Source: Gammaproteobacteria bacterium
GTDB lineage: Bacteria; Pseudomonadota; Gammaproteobacteria; SZUA-140
Length of the DNA stretch: 64,000 nt
Direction: 5' to 3'
NCBI GenBank assembly: GCA_021648525.1
Contig: JAKISP010000008.1
Span: 13,744 to 77,743, forward strand
Shown: positions 1 to 10,917 of the stretch, one piece after another
Position numbering within the stretch: the first letter of the stretch is position 1
Layout: every line of letters starts with the position of its first letter
Notes under the pieces: generated by a model
The model's input: only the letters and a program-made list of their open reading frames with translations
Told to the model about the DNA's origin: nothing
The model's database searches: none
Translations under genes and position numbers: made by a program

Positions 1-384
1 CAGCGCAGACTCAATCGAAGGATTGCCATAGCGCATGCCAAGCGCGGAAACCACCGGGCCAGGGTATTGATCATTAAGATAGGCCTGTAGCGCCGCTGCC
101 TGCTTTTGCGCGGTCAACAACAACGGCGATCCTTCATTATCCCAGATACGCAGATAATTCCTCGCGGAACGCCTGGGGCGAAATGGCAACACTAGGCCAC
201 GCAAAATGAACCACCATGCCAAGCGGGGAATTTCGACCACACGAGAATCCCATAGAAATTCACCAAGATACTTGCGTAACGCTTCGCTTGTCGGTGCATC
301 GGGCGTGCCTAAATTGGTAATCAGAACCCCTGTCGGGCTCTCTTTGCCATGCGTATACGACTTCTCCCCTTTCTCCATCACCAT
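1..384 (-). CDS. hemH: Ferrochelatase, N-terminal portion; the gene continues beyond the window start and has no stop codon in the window
   Basis: Manual minus-strand translation from the ATG at 384..382 gives MVMEKGEKSYTHGKESPTGVLITNLGTPDAPTSEALRKYLGEFLWDSRVVEIPRLAWWFILRGLVLPFRPRRSARNYLRIWDNEGSPLLL. This matches the ferrochelatase N-terminal signature (GVLLxNLGTPDxPTxxAxRxYLxEFLxDxRVVEIPR, SAxxYxxIW, GSPL). It is absent from the ORF track because it is truncated. Confidence 0.75.
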   Translation of the reverse strand, partial: MVMEKGEKSYTHGKESPTGVLITNLGTPDAPTSEALRKYLGEFLWDSRVVEIPRLAWWFILRGLVLPFRPRRSARNYLRIWDNEGSPLLLTAQKQAAALQAYLNDQYPGPVVSALGMRYGNPSIESAL

Positions 385-598
385 TCCAGAATTCTACCTA
401 ATTTAATATATTGATAAAAATAAAAACAAACGGGCATCATTTGCCCGCGTAGTATTACGACTAAAAAGCAACGTAAACATACCCCAGTATGCCACTCTTA
501 ATGAAGGCTTGCTGCTAACAATAACCTACCCATGGCCTAAATATCACCCACCAATATCGATATTTAAATAAATTTGCCTCATGTAACACCATGAGAAT

Positions 599-1516
599 AT
601 GATGGTTACAGGATTAAGTAGCCGCTCTATGTTGCTTGAGACACCATATAGAATCAATAAACAGCTCGAAGTACAAACAGGAAGTTTAAAGAAGATGTCA
701 ATCGATCTATCTCAACTCGCACTACCCTCTATTTCACCGGAGGGGCTTAAAGTCCTCGATATCATCGCCAGTCCAGAGCCCGACATCAAGCGGCTGGAAA
801 AAACAATTCTAAGCGATCCCACCCTGGCAAGCACTTTAATTAAGTACGCTAACTCGCCGCTCTACCGACGTACCAATCAGGTATCAAACGTGCCCACCGC
901 CATCCGTATTCTGGGGCTAAAAAGCATCCGCAGCGCAGTTGCCATGGCCACCATGCGCGCCATGGCAGAACCTGAAACAGCCGTATCACGTGCCATCCTC
1001 AATCACAGTCTTGATATCGCCTTGCTCAGCAAATTAATTGCTCAAAAAACCCACCCAGAGCTGGCGGACGACCTGGAGTTCCTCGGTTTAATCCATGACA
1101 TGGGGATGTTAATCCTCAATCAGAGCTTTCCAGAGGAGTACCAGACACTCTTTACTCGCTCAATTAATGACAATGTTTCGATCACTGCACTAGAAGAAAA
1201 GCAGTTTGAGCTCACCCATGACATCATCATGGCCGCTATTTCTGAGCGTTTCAGACTACCTGAGCCTTATGTTGATACACTCGCTAATTTTCACATCCAT
1301 AAACCCAGCACCAGCCTGGAACAACGCACTGGTCACTATTTCTGCATTCTCGATCTCGCTCACCATCTGTGGCCGATCGTTATCGGTGAAGACGAATGTT
1401 TTAGCGAAGTCATCATCGACTCGCAAGAGCGACTGGGTATTTTACTGGATCTCAATGAGAGCCAGTTACAGGAGATCATCGAAGAGGCGCGTGCAAAAAA
1501 ACAGCAAGCAGATTAG
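599..1516 (+). CDS. HDOD-domain signalling protein; the true start may be the internal Met near 692
   Basis: The 305-aa ORF contains SISPEGLKVLDIIASPEPDIKRLEKTILSDPTLASTLIKYANSPLYRRTNQVSNV and a later HD-like segment (LIHDMGMLILNQ). This is typical of HDOD domains. Confidence 0.55.
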   Translation: MMVTGLSSRSMLLETPYRINKQLEVQTGSLKKMSIDLSQLALPSISPEGLKVLDIIASPEPDIKRLEKTILSDPTLASTLIKYANSPLYRRTNQVSNVPTAIRILGLKSIRSAVAMATMRAMAEPETAVSRAILNHSLDIALLSKLIAQKTHPELADDLEFLGLIHDMGMLILNQSFPEEYQTLFTRSINDNVSITALEEKQFELTHDIIMAAISERFRLPEPYVDTLANFHIHKPSTSLEQRTGHYFCILDLAHHLWPIVIGEDECFSEVIIDSQERLGILLDLNESQLQEIIEEARAKKQQAD

Positions 1517-1669
1517 CCATTCAAAAGAAAGGGGTTTAACCCACCATCAATCAATAGCATGCTCTTTAAAGTAAAGGCGACTATGCTGCTCCATCCGTTT
1601 TGGTCTAGAATTGACGCCTTTGTCGAGTACACCTCGGCTTAATCAGGGCAAACAGACAGAACTCGACAC

Positions 1670-3241
1670 GTGAACAATCAAAATATCACAACCGACAATC
1701 GCATCCTCGGTGAAATACCGCCTTGTCCGGTCGCACCCGATGCACTGCACGGCATTCCACGCCAACAGACCAACCCGGAACGCTGGCAAGGCGAACAATG
1801 GCAGACATTTGTTGACGCCCTTGAGCAGGCCGGGGTTGATGTACGCCTCGCCCAGCATAGCATTGGTACCTATGTCACCGATGCAGGCGGGCTCGCCTAC
1901 GGCAAACCGCACGGCGTGGTGGTCGCACGTAGTGCCAGCCAGATTTCAACCCTGATGCAACTCGCACAACAGTACCAGGTTCCCGTCACCACGCGCGGTG
2001 GCGGCCTCACCACCGAAGGTGAATCGGTTGCCTATGGTGGCATACTTCTCGACATGACCGGCATGAGCCGCGTACAACACATCGACAAAAAGGCGCTGAC
2101 GGTGCGTACCGAAGGCGGCATCTTCTGGCACCTGCTTGCCGAAGCACTGCGCCGAGAAGGGTTAGACTATCTCTCTGCACCACTCAATCTCACCTCTTCA
2201 GTGGGCGGCACACTTGGCGTCGGTGGGATTGATGTCAACTCATCAAAATCAGGCTGTAGTGCAGACCAGGCGATTGCACTGCAGGTGGTTACCCCCACAG
2301 GTGAGATCGTTGAATGTTCAGATGAAGAAAATACAGCACTATTTCAACGCGTGATCCTTGGCTACGGTCAGTTTGGCATCATCACCGAAGCAACGTTACG
2401 TATACGCCCATACACCCCTTTGCGGATGCATTACTATTACTACGCTTCGCTACGCGATGCGGTAGAGGATTTAATCCGCATCGACAGGACACAAGCCTGC
2501 GATTACAGCGGCATCCTGACCATGATGGATAAGGCAATCACACTACTGGTCGCCTTCGACAGTGATGAACACGAAGCTGAATTCCTCAAACATCACCGTA
2601 AAACCCTGCGTGGCTACGGGGAACTGCCCTTTGCAATACGCACAGCCATCCATTATGCACTACGACCATGGCGCCTCAAGGAGGCTCTGTATCTCTATCA
2701 ACGCAAGCGAGAACTCTTCCCAGACCTGCAACCTGCACATCATATGCAAGGCGGACAGATGATCGACCGCACCGTAGTCTTTTCACGTGCGGTGTGGAAG
2801 CACTGGGGTGGACGCCAGATGGTAATTCCCGACATCTCCAGCAGCGTCGACAAGTTTGTCGAGTCGGTTGAGCGCGGCAATGCCGTTTGCAAAAAATATT
2901 TCCCGCATTACACACTCTACTGTGTCGGCATAAAACTTCGCGCAGAACACAAGCCACATTACGAACTGTCCTGCATTCCACCCGATGCCGAAGAATGGGC
3001 CTACGGCTGTGAATTTGAACCGATGATCGGTGATAACAGCTATAGCCGCGATCAACTACAATCTTTTAAAAATGAGATCTATGACATAGGCGTCGACCTT
3101 GGCACCAGTTATTACCGTTTTGGCGGCATGATGAAAGGCTATATCCGTCGCGCACTTGGCGACGAGGTAGTCGACAAACATCTCGCAATGAAACGCCAGG
3201 CAGACCCAGCCATGATCCTTAACCGTAACGTCATTTTCTAA
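1670..3241 (+). CDS. FAD-binding oxidase/dehydrogenase, PCMH-type (GlcD/D-lactate dehydrogenase-like)
   Basis: A 523-aa ORF with an FAD-binding PCMH signature (VTTRGGGLTTEGESVAYGGILLDMTGMSRV, VTPTGEIVE). Its stop overlaps the start of the downstream Fe-S ORF (TAATG at 3238..3243). Confidence 0.6.
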   Translation: MNNQNITTDNRILGEIPPCPVAPDALHGIPRQQTNPERWQGEQWQTFVDALEQAGVDVRLAQHSIGTYVTDAGGLAYGKPHGVVVARSASQISTLMQLAQQYQVPVTTRGGGLTTEGESVAYGGILLDMTGMSRVQHIDKKALTVRTEGGIFWHLLAEALRREGLDYLSAPLNLTSSVGGTLGVGGIDVNSSKSGCSADQAIALQVVTPTGEIVECSDEENTALFQRVILGYGQFGIITEATLRIRPYTPLRMHYYYYASLRDAVEDLIRIDRTQACDYSGILTMMDKAITLLVAFDSDEHEAEFLKHHRKTLRGYGELPFAIRTAIHYALRPWRLKEALYLYQRKRELFPDLQPAHHMQGGQMIDRTVVFSRAVWKHWGGRQMVIPDISSSVDKFVESVERGNAVCKKYFPHYTLYCVGIKLRAEHKPHYELSCIPPDAEEWAYGCEFEPMIGDNSYSRDQLQSFKNEIYDIGVDLGTSYYRFGGMMKGYIRRALGDEVVDKHLAMKRQADPAMILNRNVIF

Positions 3242-4194
3242 TGTCACATGCCAACTGCCATGGCTGTAGCCTGTGCCTGCTCTCTTGCCCGATGTGGCAA
3301 CAACATCGTGATGTGCAGTACAGCCCACAAGGTATCTTCAAGGCGCTGCAACACAATGCCTCGTATGATGACATTTCGTCCGCGCTCTTTAGCTGCCTGC
3401 TGTGCGGTGCGTGCGACATCCTCTGCCCAGAGAATATCGATATTACAGCAACCATTAAAACGCTCAGAAAAGAGAGCTTTTCTCGCGGCATTGAGGCTCA
3501 ACTCAACAAAAAAGTTACCTCGTTACTCGCACAACCATCATCCAGGGTGGAAATAGAAAAGAAAAACACCATCATTCTGCCCGGAAAAGCACTACGTTCA
3601 AACCCAGTGAGACTGATAAAGATTCAGTCATTACTCTCAAACGAGACAGATGCCTCGCTGTCGCTTGATGATGGTGATGATATTGCGCTAGCACTTGAAG
3701 TGGGTGTCGAAATCCCCGAGCATCGCCTGCATCGTTTTCTTGAACCGCTACAGGGAGCCAAACGACTCTACGTTAGTAATGGCCATCTGCTTAAATCGCT
3801 ACGTCAATGGTTGCCAGCAAGCGAACTCCTGGCACCTGGCCATCGCCTGAGCCAGTTAAGTAAACTAACAAAGAAATTAAATAAAAATGATCTCTACCTG
3901 ATCGAAGCACGTTCCTTTCATCATGATCATCAACAGAAAGTCACACACTATGACCAACTGCGCCATCAACAAGGCTGTCAGATGAATCTTGATTTACAAC
4001 GCAATGCAATTCCTACCGCAGCAGGTGGCCTTAATGCAATTAAGCCAATGCTCAACAGCAAAGAACAGCTGCGCTGGATACTCAGCGGCCGCAATATACA
4101 GCGTATTATTGTTGAATGCGCCGAAGATGAAGTGGTGATGTCACAAATCAGTGACCTGCCCATTCTTCATATTGCCGATTTAATGGAAGCTTAA
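3241..4194 (+). CDS. 4Fe-4S dicluster protein, a GlcF-like Fe-S subunit lacking the C-terminal CCG cysteine-rich domains
   Basis: Two CxxCxxCxxxCP motifs near the N-terminus (CHGCSLCLLSCP and CLLCGACDILCP). The remaining ~200 aa are cysteine-poor. It is translationally coupled to the upstream FAD oxidase. Confidence 0.45.
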   Translation: MSHANCHGCSLCLLSCPMWQQHRDVQYSPQGIFKALQHNASYDDISSALFSCLLCGACDILCPENIDITATIKTLRKESFSRGIEAQLNKKVTSLLAQPSSRVEIEKKNTIILPGKALRSNPVRLIKIQSLLSNETDASLSLDDGDDIALALEVGVEIPEHRLHRFLEPLQGAKRLYVSNGHLLKSLRQWLPASELLAPGHRLSQLSKLTKKLNKNDLYLIEARSFHHDHQQKVTHYDQLRHQQGCQMNLDLQRNAIPTAAGGLNAIKPMLNSKEQLRWILSGRNIQRIIVECAEDEVVMSQISDLPILHIADLMEA

Positions 4195-4198
4195 AACG

Positions 4199-5425
4199 AT
4201 GTCCAACAATACACGCACCGTTGATGTCATCATCGTTGGCGCTAGTCTTGCCGCTGCCGCCGCTGCCAAACGGCTTTATGATGCAGGATTCGAAACACTG
4301 ATCATCGAAAAGCGAGAACTGCCGCGCCACAAGATATGCAGCGGGATACTCTCACCACGCGGCCACCGTTTTATATTAGAGAATTTCGGTCCGATTCCGC
4401 AGCAAGCGCTGCATGCCCCGACCGCCTGCCGCGGTGTTACCTTTCATTTCCCCTCAATGGTTTCAATGTCGATGGACTTTTTTGGTGGCACCACACCACA
4501 TCTGCATCGTAAATATGCCGATCACTGGGCAATCAAGTCGTGCGGGGCGGAAGTGCAGGATCAGACCTCTTTTATCCGCATGCAACCGCAAGGTGACAAC
4601 CAGCTCGTTACGACGCGTAAAAAAGGGGGGACGGAGGTTCAGTTCAAATGCCGTTATGTGATTGGGGCTGATGGCCCAGTCTCACCCGTTCTACGCGCAC
4701 TCTACCCCGACTACCCACAGCAAATCCCGTGGTTTTTTGTGGGACAGAAATTTCATGAGATTATCGACTGCCCACTGGATGAAGCGTATTTTCATTTCTG
4801 GTTCCACCCGGCGCTAGGACACTATACCTGGAGCCACGCACGCGATGGCAGGCAGATTGTCGGCGTTGGCTTTAAACGTGGTGATAATTTTCATCAACGC
4901 CACCAATATGTCGCCAACTACCTGCGGGACAAACACGGAGTCCGCCTTAAACCTGCTGATGAAGATCACGAGGGGTGTGCTGAAAATTTTGGTCCATCGC
5001 TGATCAATCGCTACGTCTTTGGCAAGGGCAACGTATTGATCACCGGACAGGCAGCCGGCTTTCTCAACATGATTGGCGAAGGAATGAGCTGCGCACTACA
5101 TTCCGGTGCCATTGCGGGTGAGGCGATCATCGAATCAGCGATTCATAACCGAGAACTACAACCACTCTATCGCGCAATGATTTCAACTGAAGTACGGCGC
5201 ACCACTGATCAGTGGAATCCACTTAAGATCGCCTTTGCCAGACCGCATGAAGCAGACTTTCCAGCTGCCTTAATGGCACTCCCGCTAAAGGATCGTCTCA
5301 AAGTATTGCGAGATATGTGGCGCTTTGCCTGTCTCTATAAAGAGTTTAAATGGGGGCGAGAAATCATGCGTGAAAGCATTGCAAGAATCAAACATGGCCA
5401 TTATCCCGGCGAACGCTGGCTTTAA
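4199..5425 (+). CDS. FAD-dependent oxidoreductase (geranylgeranyl reductase/halogenase-like fold)
   Basis: N-terminal dinucleotide-binding motif VDVIIVGASLAAAAAAKRL...LIIEKR, 408 aa. It starts 5 nt after the previous ORF. Confidence 0.5.
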   Translation: MSNNTRTVDVIIVGASLAAAAAAKRLYDAGFETLIIEKRELPRHKICSGILSPRGHRFILENFGPIPQQALHAPTACRGVTFHFPSMVSMSMDFFGGTTPHLHRKYADHWAIKSCGAEVQDQTSFIRMQPQGDNQLVTTRKKGGTEVQFKCRYVIGADGPVSPVLRALYPDYPQQIPWFFVGQKFHEIIDCPLDEAYFHFWFHPALGHYTWSHARDGRQIVGVGFKRGDNFHQRHQYVANYLRDKHGVRLKPADEDHEGCAENFGPSLINRYVFGKGNVLITGQAAGFLNMIGEGMSCALHSGAIAGEAIIESAIHNRELQPLYRAMISTEVRRTTDQWNPLKIAFARPHEADFPAALMALPLKDRLKVLRDMWRFACLYKEFKWGREIMRESIARIKHGHYPGERWL

Positions 5426-5487
5426 ATCAGTCCTTTGCACGATTGCTCTTTTGCCCTATTAACGATGTTATAAACGTACTCAACTGA

Positions 5488-7752
5488 TCATCTATATTGC
5501 GATGCCTCAGCCAATACTGGGCGATACGCACCACAAAACTCAATCACTTTATTCGCGGGCATCGGTCTTGCAAAATAATATCCCTGAAAATTGTCACAAC
5601 CATTTTCAAGTAAAAACTCCATCTCTTCTTTTGTTTCGACCCCTTCAGCAATCAATTCAAGCCCCAGGTTATGGGACATACCAATAATCGTTTTCACAAT
5701 ATGGGCATCATTAATATTCGTTGTGATATCGCTAACAAAAGATTTATCGATTTTAAGCCGATCAAGCGGTAACTTTTTCAAATAGGCCATTGAAGAATAA
5801 CCGGTACCAAAATCATCAATTGAAAAAAGCACACCAACCGCTTTTAACGTCTCAATCTTACTCACTGTTTCAGCCGTTTGATCTAACAAAATGTTCTCTG
5901 TCAATTCCAGTTCAAGTACATCACCACTCATTTCCATCTCATTTAATAGCCCTTTAACATATTCAACAAAGCTATCTTGATGAAACTGCTTAGGGCTCAC
6001 ATTAATCGCCAGCGTACCGAGCGCCAACCCTTCCGCCTGCCATTGTTTAAACTGCGCCAAACCATGCTGTAGCACCCACTCTCCCATCGGAATAATCAGC
6101 GCACTCTCTTCTGCAATCTCAATAAAGTCACCCGGAAAGACCATCCCTTTAACCGGATGATTCCAGCGAATAAGTGCCTCAACACCCGTTACTCCGCTTA
6201 TTGCATTAATTTGCGGCTGATAATGTAGCTCTAATTCATTGTTTTCAATTGCATGCCTCAATTCTGTCTGAGTACGTAAGCGCTGCTCTACTTCTTGCTG
6301 CATACTCGGCATAAAAAAACGAATCGCATTACGTCCAGCATCCTTTGCACGGTACATCGCAGTATCAGCGTGTTTCAGCACATCATCCGCCGTCTGCTCT
6401 TCCTGAGGAAACAGACTCACACCAACACTCGGCGTTAAATAATGTAGCTGTCCGGTAACCTCGTAAGGCTCTAACAACACATCCTTAAGTTTTTCCGCCA
6501 GACTTTGCGCCCGCTCAGCCGCCACCCGCTGATCGTTACCAATATTAACCGCCATCACAACAAACTCATCACCACCGAGGCGAGCCACCTCATCTTCCTC
6601 GCGGATACTTCGACTAAGGCGGGCCCCTATCTCTTTTAAAATTTCATCACCTATTTGATGCCCAAGCGAATCATTAATTGCCTTGAAGTGATCACAATCA
6701 AAAAAGAATAACGCACCGTAGTTGTTTTGACGTTGAGCGAGCATAAATGTCTTTCGCAATTGATCAACAAAATAGTTACGATTATAAAGCCCGGTCAGAC
6801 CGTCGTGGTGTGCCAGAAATTTTAAATTTTCTTCTGCTATTTTGCGTTGCGTGATATCGGTGCTCAGTCCAATCAAACCGCTCACAACGCCATCACTATT
6901 TGTCAATCTTATTTTTCTTATTTCAAAATCGTGTAAACGACCATCAGAAAACGTCAGTGTCTCGTACGAATGGTGCGCCCCTTCCTGTCCTAGTGCGGTC
7001 TCATCTGAAGCAAGAAAACCGAGCACAGAGTTCTCTTCATCTGGGTAAATTTCAGCATAGTGATCAACTGAAAGAAACTCCTCTTCCGACATATCAAGCG
7101 CATCACAGGTTGCCTTATTAACAAACAGCAATCGACCACAACTATCCTGTAACCAGATCCCCATTGGCGCATTATCAAGAATCAATTGCAGGATGCGTTT
7201 TTTCTCCATCAAATCTAGTTCTGATATTTTTCTTGTGGTCACATCCTGGCAAACACCCATCACAAATTCTGGCTGACCAGCTGCATCACGAAACACCTCA
7301 GCTCGCTGCTCAACCCACAGTGTTTCGCCTTTGCGAGTAAAGATTCGATGCTCCATCGAGCCAACTGAATGTCGCTTAAGCACTCTCTTAAGTGCTTTTT
7401 CTACCCTGAGACGATCATCAGGATAGATGCAGCTCATGTAAAATTCACGGTCCATCTCAAACGAGCCAGGCTCATAACCCAGCATCTCAAATATCTCGTC
7501 ACTCCACTCGACCCTGTCTTGCTCAACATGCCAGACCCATGGTGCTGTTTTAGAGATGCGTCGATAGTTTGAGATAAGGTCCAGTTTTTCCTGCGACATT
7601 TTTTGCAGCTGATTTAACATCTGCATATTTTTCGAAAGACGGTACAGACACACCAGTAGTGACACGATGACAATAAGGCTTACACCTATAATCGTCATAA
7701 TGAACATGAGGCTAGAGCACTGATCAATAAGGTGCTGACTAGAAAGCAGCAC
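5488..7752 (-). CDS. Membrane-anchored PAS/PAC-GGDEF-EAL c-di-GMP signalling protein
   Basis: A 754-aa ORF with an N-terminal TM segment, PAS-like regions, a GGDEF motif (RLGGDEFVV) and EAL-domain motifs (ELELTENIL, QGYYFARP). Confidence 0.8.
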   Translation of the reverse strand: MLLSSQHLIDQCSSLMFIMTIIGVSLIVIVSLLVCLYRLSKNMQMLNQLQKMSQEKLDLISNYRRISKTAPWVWHVEQDRVEWSDEIFEMLGYEPGSFEMDREFYMSCIYPDDRLRVEKALKRVLKRHSVGSMEHRIFTRKGETLWVEQRAEVFRDAAGQPEFVMGVCQDVTTRKISELDLMEKKRILQLILDNAPMGIWLQDSCGRLLFVNKATCDALDMSEEEFLSVDHYAEIYPDEENSVLGFLASDETALGQEGAHHSYETLTFSDGRLHDFEIRKIRLTNSDGVVSGLIGLSTDITQRKIAEENLKFLAHHDGLTGLYNRNYFVDQLRKTFMLAQRQNNYGALFFFDCDHFKAINDSLGHQIGDEILKEIGARLSRSIREEDEVARLGGDEFVVMAVNIGNDQRVAAERAQSLAEKLKDVLLEPYEVTGQLHYLTPSVGVSLFPQEEQTADDVLKHADTAMYRAKDAGRNAIRFFMPSMQQEVEQRLRTQTELRHAIENNELELHYQPQINAISGVTGVEALIRWNHPVKGMVFPGDFIEIAEESALIIPMGEWVLQHGLAQFKQWQAEGLALGTLAINVSPKQFHQDSFVEYVKGLLNEMEMSGDVLELELTENILLDQTAETVSKIETLKAVGVLFSIDDFGTGYSSMAYLKKLPLDRLKIDKSFVSDITTNINDAHIVKTIIGMSHNLGLELIAEGVETKEEMEFLLENGCDNFQGYYFARPMPANKVIEFCGAYRPVLAEASQYR

Positions 7753-8097
7753 AAAAAAGCAGCCAACAATCGCATCAAATTCTGCAACGCAGGATTATCT
7801 TCCAACACCATTAACCATGCAAAATAAGTGCCTTTTATTTTATTCAGATATAATAATATTCCACTCTAATTGATAGCGTGAGTCCGACGAAAATCTATAG
7901 GGTACCTCTATTCATAATCAGCCGAATCCATAGCTACTTCAAAATTATAGGTAAGATAGATGGAAAATCAGGCAGAACCAGTCATCACAACAGTCCAGAT
8001 CAAAAAAGAACACCCTCAGTAGTTCCAACCCTCCCACTATTTTGTTAGCATTCCCTTCAATTTCGAAGTACCCCCAACCATACAAAGTGAGGATAAG

Positions 8098-8436
8098 ATG
8101 AAACCCCTGACCATGCTGAGCGCAGCCACCATCATTGCAGCCATAACAGGCTGCTCTGTCTCCAACGACTTCACCCCGGTTGCCGGTAATTCCGGTGAAG
8201 AGATTTTTAGTAATGCCTGTATTGACTGCCACACACCTGAAAATGGCTATATTTATGACCTTTCGCCAGAGAGGGCCAATGTTGAAACCATCGCAACGAT
8301 CATCAGCAAAGGCGAAATGGTGATGCCTGCATTTCCTAATATTCAGGGTGCTGAACTCACCGCGATCAGTGAGTTTGTACTAGCGAAGAATAAACCTGTT
8401 AAATCTGAAGAAGAGACAGAAACAGCGAGCGAATAA
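8098..8436 (+). CDS. Mono-haem c-type cytochrome, probable lipoprotein
   Basis: 112 aa, with a signal peptide and lipobox (AAITGCSV), a single CIDCH haem-binding motif, and a downstream Met (MVMPAF) as a possible sixth ligand. Confidence 0.6.
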   Translation: MKPLTMLSAATIIAAITGCSVSNDFTPVAGNSGEEIFSNACIDCHTPENGYIYDLSPERANVETIATIISKGEMVMPAFPNIQGAELTAISEFVLAKNKPVKSEEETETASE

Positions 8437-8455
8437 TAGCGACAAAAAGCACTCA

Positions 8456-8484
8456 AATGGGCGTCACTCCGACGCCCATTTTAC
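8456..8484 (+). terminator. Rho-independent terminator hairpin after the cytochrome c gene
   Basis: Inverted repeat aaatgggcgtc-actcc-gacgcccattt followed by tt. Confidence 0.5.
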
Positions 8485-8718
8485 CTCCTGCCTCACCGCT
8501 CCAGATACTGCCCCCCCCATTCAATTACGCAAAATATTCAACACGCCGCGTAACACCATTCCATAGCACCAAAATAAACCCCTGATTTAACAATTAGTTA
8601 TTAAACGTATTCATCCACTGGTATTGTTAATGCTTTAACTGGCAGAAGCACACCAACTGGTCGATATATACTAGTATCGTCCATACAAAGCGCATAAACT
8701 TAACGTTAGCGAGGTGGC

Positions 8719-9774
8719 ATGATGCAAAATGCAGATAATCCAATGGGAACCGATGGCTTTGAGTTCATCGAATATACCGCCCCTGACACCCGTGCGCTTG
8801 AAGCACTCTTCACCCAGTTGGGTTTCACCCCGGTGGCACAACACCGCTCCAAAGATGTGGTGCTCTATCGCCAGGGCAGCATCAACTTCATTATCAATCA
8901 CGAACCGGACAGCTTTGCACAAAGCTTTGCAACGGTACATGGGCCGTCCTGTTGCGCCTTTGCGATCCGCGTTGAAGATGCCGCCTTTGCCTACAGTCGC
9001 GCGATTGAACTCGGTGCCGAACCATTCAAAGGTAAAGTCGGCCCAATGGAGCTTAATATCCCTGCGATTCGTGGTGTCGGTCGCAGCGTGCTCTATCTGA
9101 TAGACCGTTATGAAGGCCGATCGATCTACGACGTTGATTTTGTGCCAATCGAAGGGGTCGATTCCAACCCCAGTGGGGCAGGGCTACTGGAGGTCGACCA
9201 CCTAACGCATAATGTTCACAACGGTCGGATGGATGAATGGGCTCATTTTTACGAAAAACTGTTCGGTTTCCGCGAAATCCGTTATTTTGATATCAGCGGT
9301 CAAAAGACAGGACTCAAGTCACGTGCCATGACCAGCCCATGCGGCAAAATCCGCATCCCCATCAATGAACCGTCCGATGACAAATCACAGATTCAGGAGT
9401 ACCTCAACGCCTATCATGGCGAAGGGATTCAGCACATCGCGCTCACCAGTGACAACATCTACCAAAGCGTCGACCTGCTCAAGGCTAACGGCATCGAACT
9501 CCTTGATGCACCCGACACCTATTATGCAATGGTCGATGAACGACTACCAGGCCACGGCGAACCGCTTGAAGAACTAAAAAAGCGCCGTATCCTGATCGAT
9601 GGTGACCTTGAAAATAAAAAAGGGATGTTGCTGCAGATCTTCACCCAAACCGTGATCGGCCCAATCTTTTTTGAGATCATCCAGCGCAAAGGCAACGATG
9701 GGTTTGGCGAAGGCAACTTTCGCGCCCTGTTTGAATCGATTGAGCGGGATCAGATCAAACGAGGGGTGATTTAA
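8719..9774 (+). CDS. hppD: 4-hydroxyphenylpyruvate dioxygenase
   Basis: [12 protein letters not shown]-terminal motif and the characteristic C-terminus [19 protein letters not shown], 351 aa. Confidence 0.9.
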   Translation: MMQNADNPMGTDGFEFIEYTAPDTRALEALFTQLGFTPVAQHRSKDVVLYRQGSINFIINHEPDSFAQSFATVHGPSCCAFAIRVEDAAFAYSRAIELGAEPFKGKVGPMELNIPAIRGVGRSVLYLIDRYEGRSIYDVDFVPIEGVDSNPSGAGLLEVDHLTHNVHNGRMDEWAHFYEKLFGFREIRYFDISGQKTGLKSRAMTSPCGKIRIPINEPSDDKSQIQEYLNAYHGEGIQHIALTSDNIYQSVDLLKANGIELLDAPDTYYAMVDERLPGHGEPLEELKKRRILIDGDLENKKGMLLQIFTQTVIGPIFFEIIQRKGNDGFGEGNFRALFESIERDQIKRGVI

Positions 9775-10896
9775 ATGCCCACCTGGATCACATTACCACG
9801 TAGCGAAGGCGAAACCTCGCGCCAGGCACATACTGACCTGCCAGCCAACAGCTTCGAACGTGAACTCGGCAAAGAGGGCTTTTTTGGCCCTGCCACGCAG
9901 ATGTATCACAAACATGCACCCACTGGCTGGAGTGAATTTAAGGGCGCGTTGAAACCACGTGCCTTTGACTGCACAAAACTTGATCAGCTTTCAGCCACAC
10001 CATGGGATGCAACGCAATTGCTCGGCAACGATCACACCAGGATTCGCTTCTGGCGCACCAATCAGAACATGGATCAGCTGGTACGTAACGCCGACGGCGA
10101 CGAACTGCTCTTTATCCACCAGGGTGAAGCAGAACTTTTTTGTGACTACGGTCACCTCTCGATTCGTGAAGGAGACTATGTGATGCTACCACGAGGCACC
10201 ATGTGGCGCATCGAAACCAGGGCCGAACTCAGCATGTTGATGATCGAGGCAACCAATGACAGCTTTACCCTGCCAGAAAAGGGAATCGTCGGACATCACG
10301 CCATCTTTGACCCAGCGGTACTCGACACCCCTGAAATTAACGACCTCTTTCGCGCACAACAGGACGAAACAGCATGGCGCGTCGCCGTTAAACGACGTAA
10401 TCAATTTTCAGCGATCACCTACCCCTTTAATCCACTCGATGCGATTGGCTGGCATGGCACCTTAATGCCACTGCGAGTTAACTGGCGTGACATCCGCCCA
10501 CTGATGAGCCACCGCTATCACCTGCCACCGTCGGCACATGCCACCTTTGTCAGCTCACGCTTTCTGGTCTGCACCTTCTGCCCGCGTCCGATGGAGAGCG
10601 ATCCCGGCGCACTCAAGGTGCCGTTTTTTCACAGCAATGATGACTACGACGAAGTACTCTTCTATCACATGGGTGAATTCTTTTCGCGTGACAACATCCA
10701 TCCGGGTATGATGAGTTTTCACCCCAGTGGTTTTCCACATGGACCGCACCCAAAAGCACTCGCGGCCGGGGTCAAAACGAAACGTAAATCAACCGATGAG
10801 GTTGCCGTGATGATCGACACACGCGATGCACTTTCAGTCGCCCCACAGGCTGAGGAGGTAGAATGGCTAGCCTATGTCGATTCATGGAAAGAGTAG
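9775..10896 (+). CDS. hmgA: Homogentisate 1,2-dioxygenase, short form (373 aa)
   Basis: Immediately follows hppD (stop/start abut). HmgA-like cupin core (FHSNDDYDEVLFYHMGEF, HPSGFPHGPHP) and the N-terminal SFERELGKEGFFGP motif. Confidence 0.7.
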   Translation: MPTWITLPRSEGETSRQAHTDLPANSFERELGKEGFFGPATQMYHKHAPTGWSEFKGALKPRAFDCTKLDQLSATPWDATQLLGNDHTRIRFWRTNQNMDQLVRNADGDELLFIHQGEAELFCDYGHLSIREGDYVMLPRGTMWRIETRAELSMLMIEATNDSFTLPEKGIVGHHAIFDPAVLDTPEINDLFRAQQDETAWRVAVKRRNQFSAITYPFNPLDAIGWHGTLMPLRVNWRDIRPLMSHRYHLPPSAHATFVSSRFLVCTFCPRPMESDPGALKVPFFHSNDDYDEVLFYHMGEFFSRDNIHPGMMSFHPSGFPHGPHPKALAAGVKTKRKSTDEVAVMIDTRDALSVAPQAEEVEWLAYVDSWKE

Positions 10897-10917
10897 CAAA
10901 GAGAGAGGTAACAGACG

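Noticed and set aside
1206-1574. A 122-aa ORF overlapping the end of the HDOD gene, and many similar 60-130-aa ORFs in the track (e.g. 1643..1912, 8729..9100, 27171..27515, 36882..37247, 49183..49488, 59273..59659, 59515..59967)
   Set aside because: They lie inside or antisense to long, well-supported genes. They have atypical composition (Arg/Ser/Pro-rich shadow frames) and no motifs, so are treated as spurious shadow ORFs.
8505-8516. C8 homopolymer in the hppD upstream region
   Set aside because: It is intergenic and does not obviously sit between -35/-10 elements. Possible slippage site, but there is no evidence of regulatory relevance.
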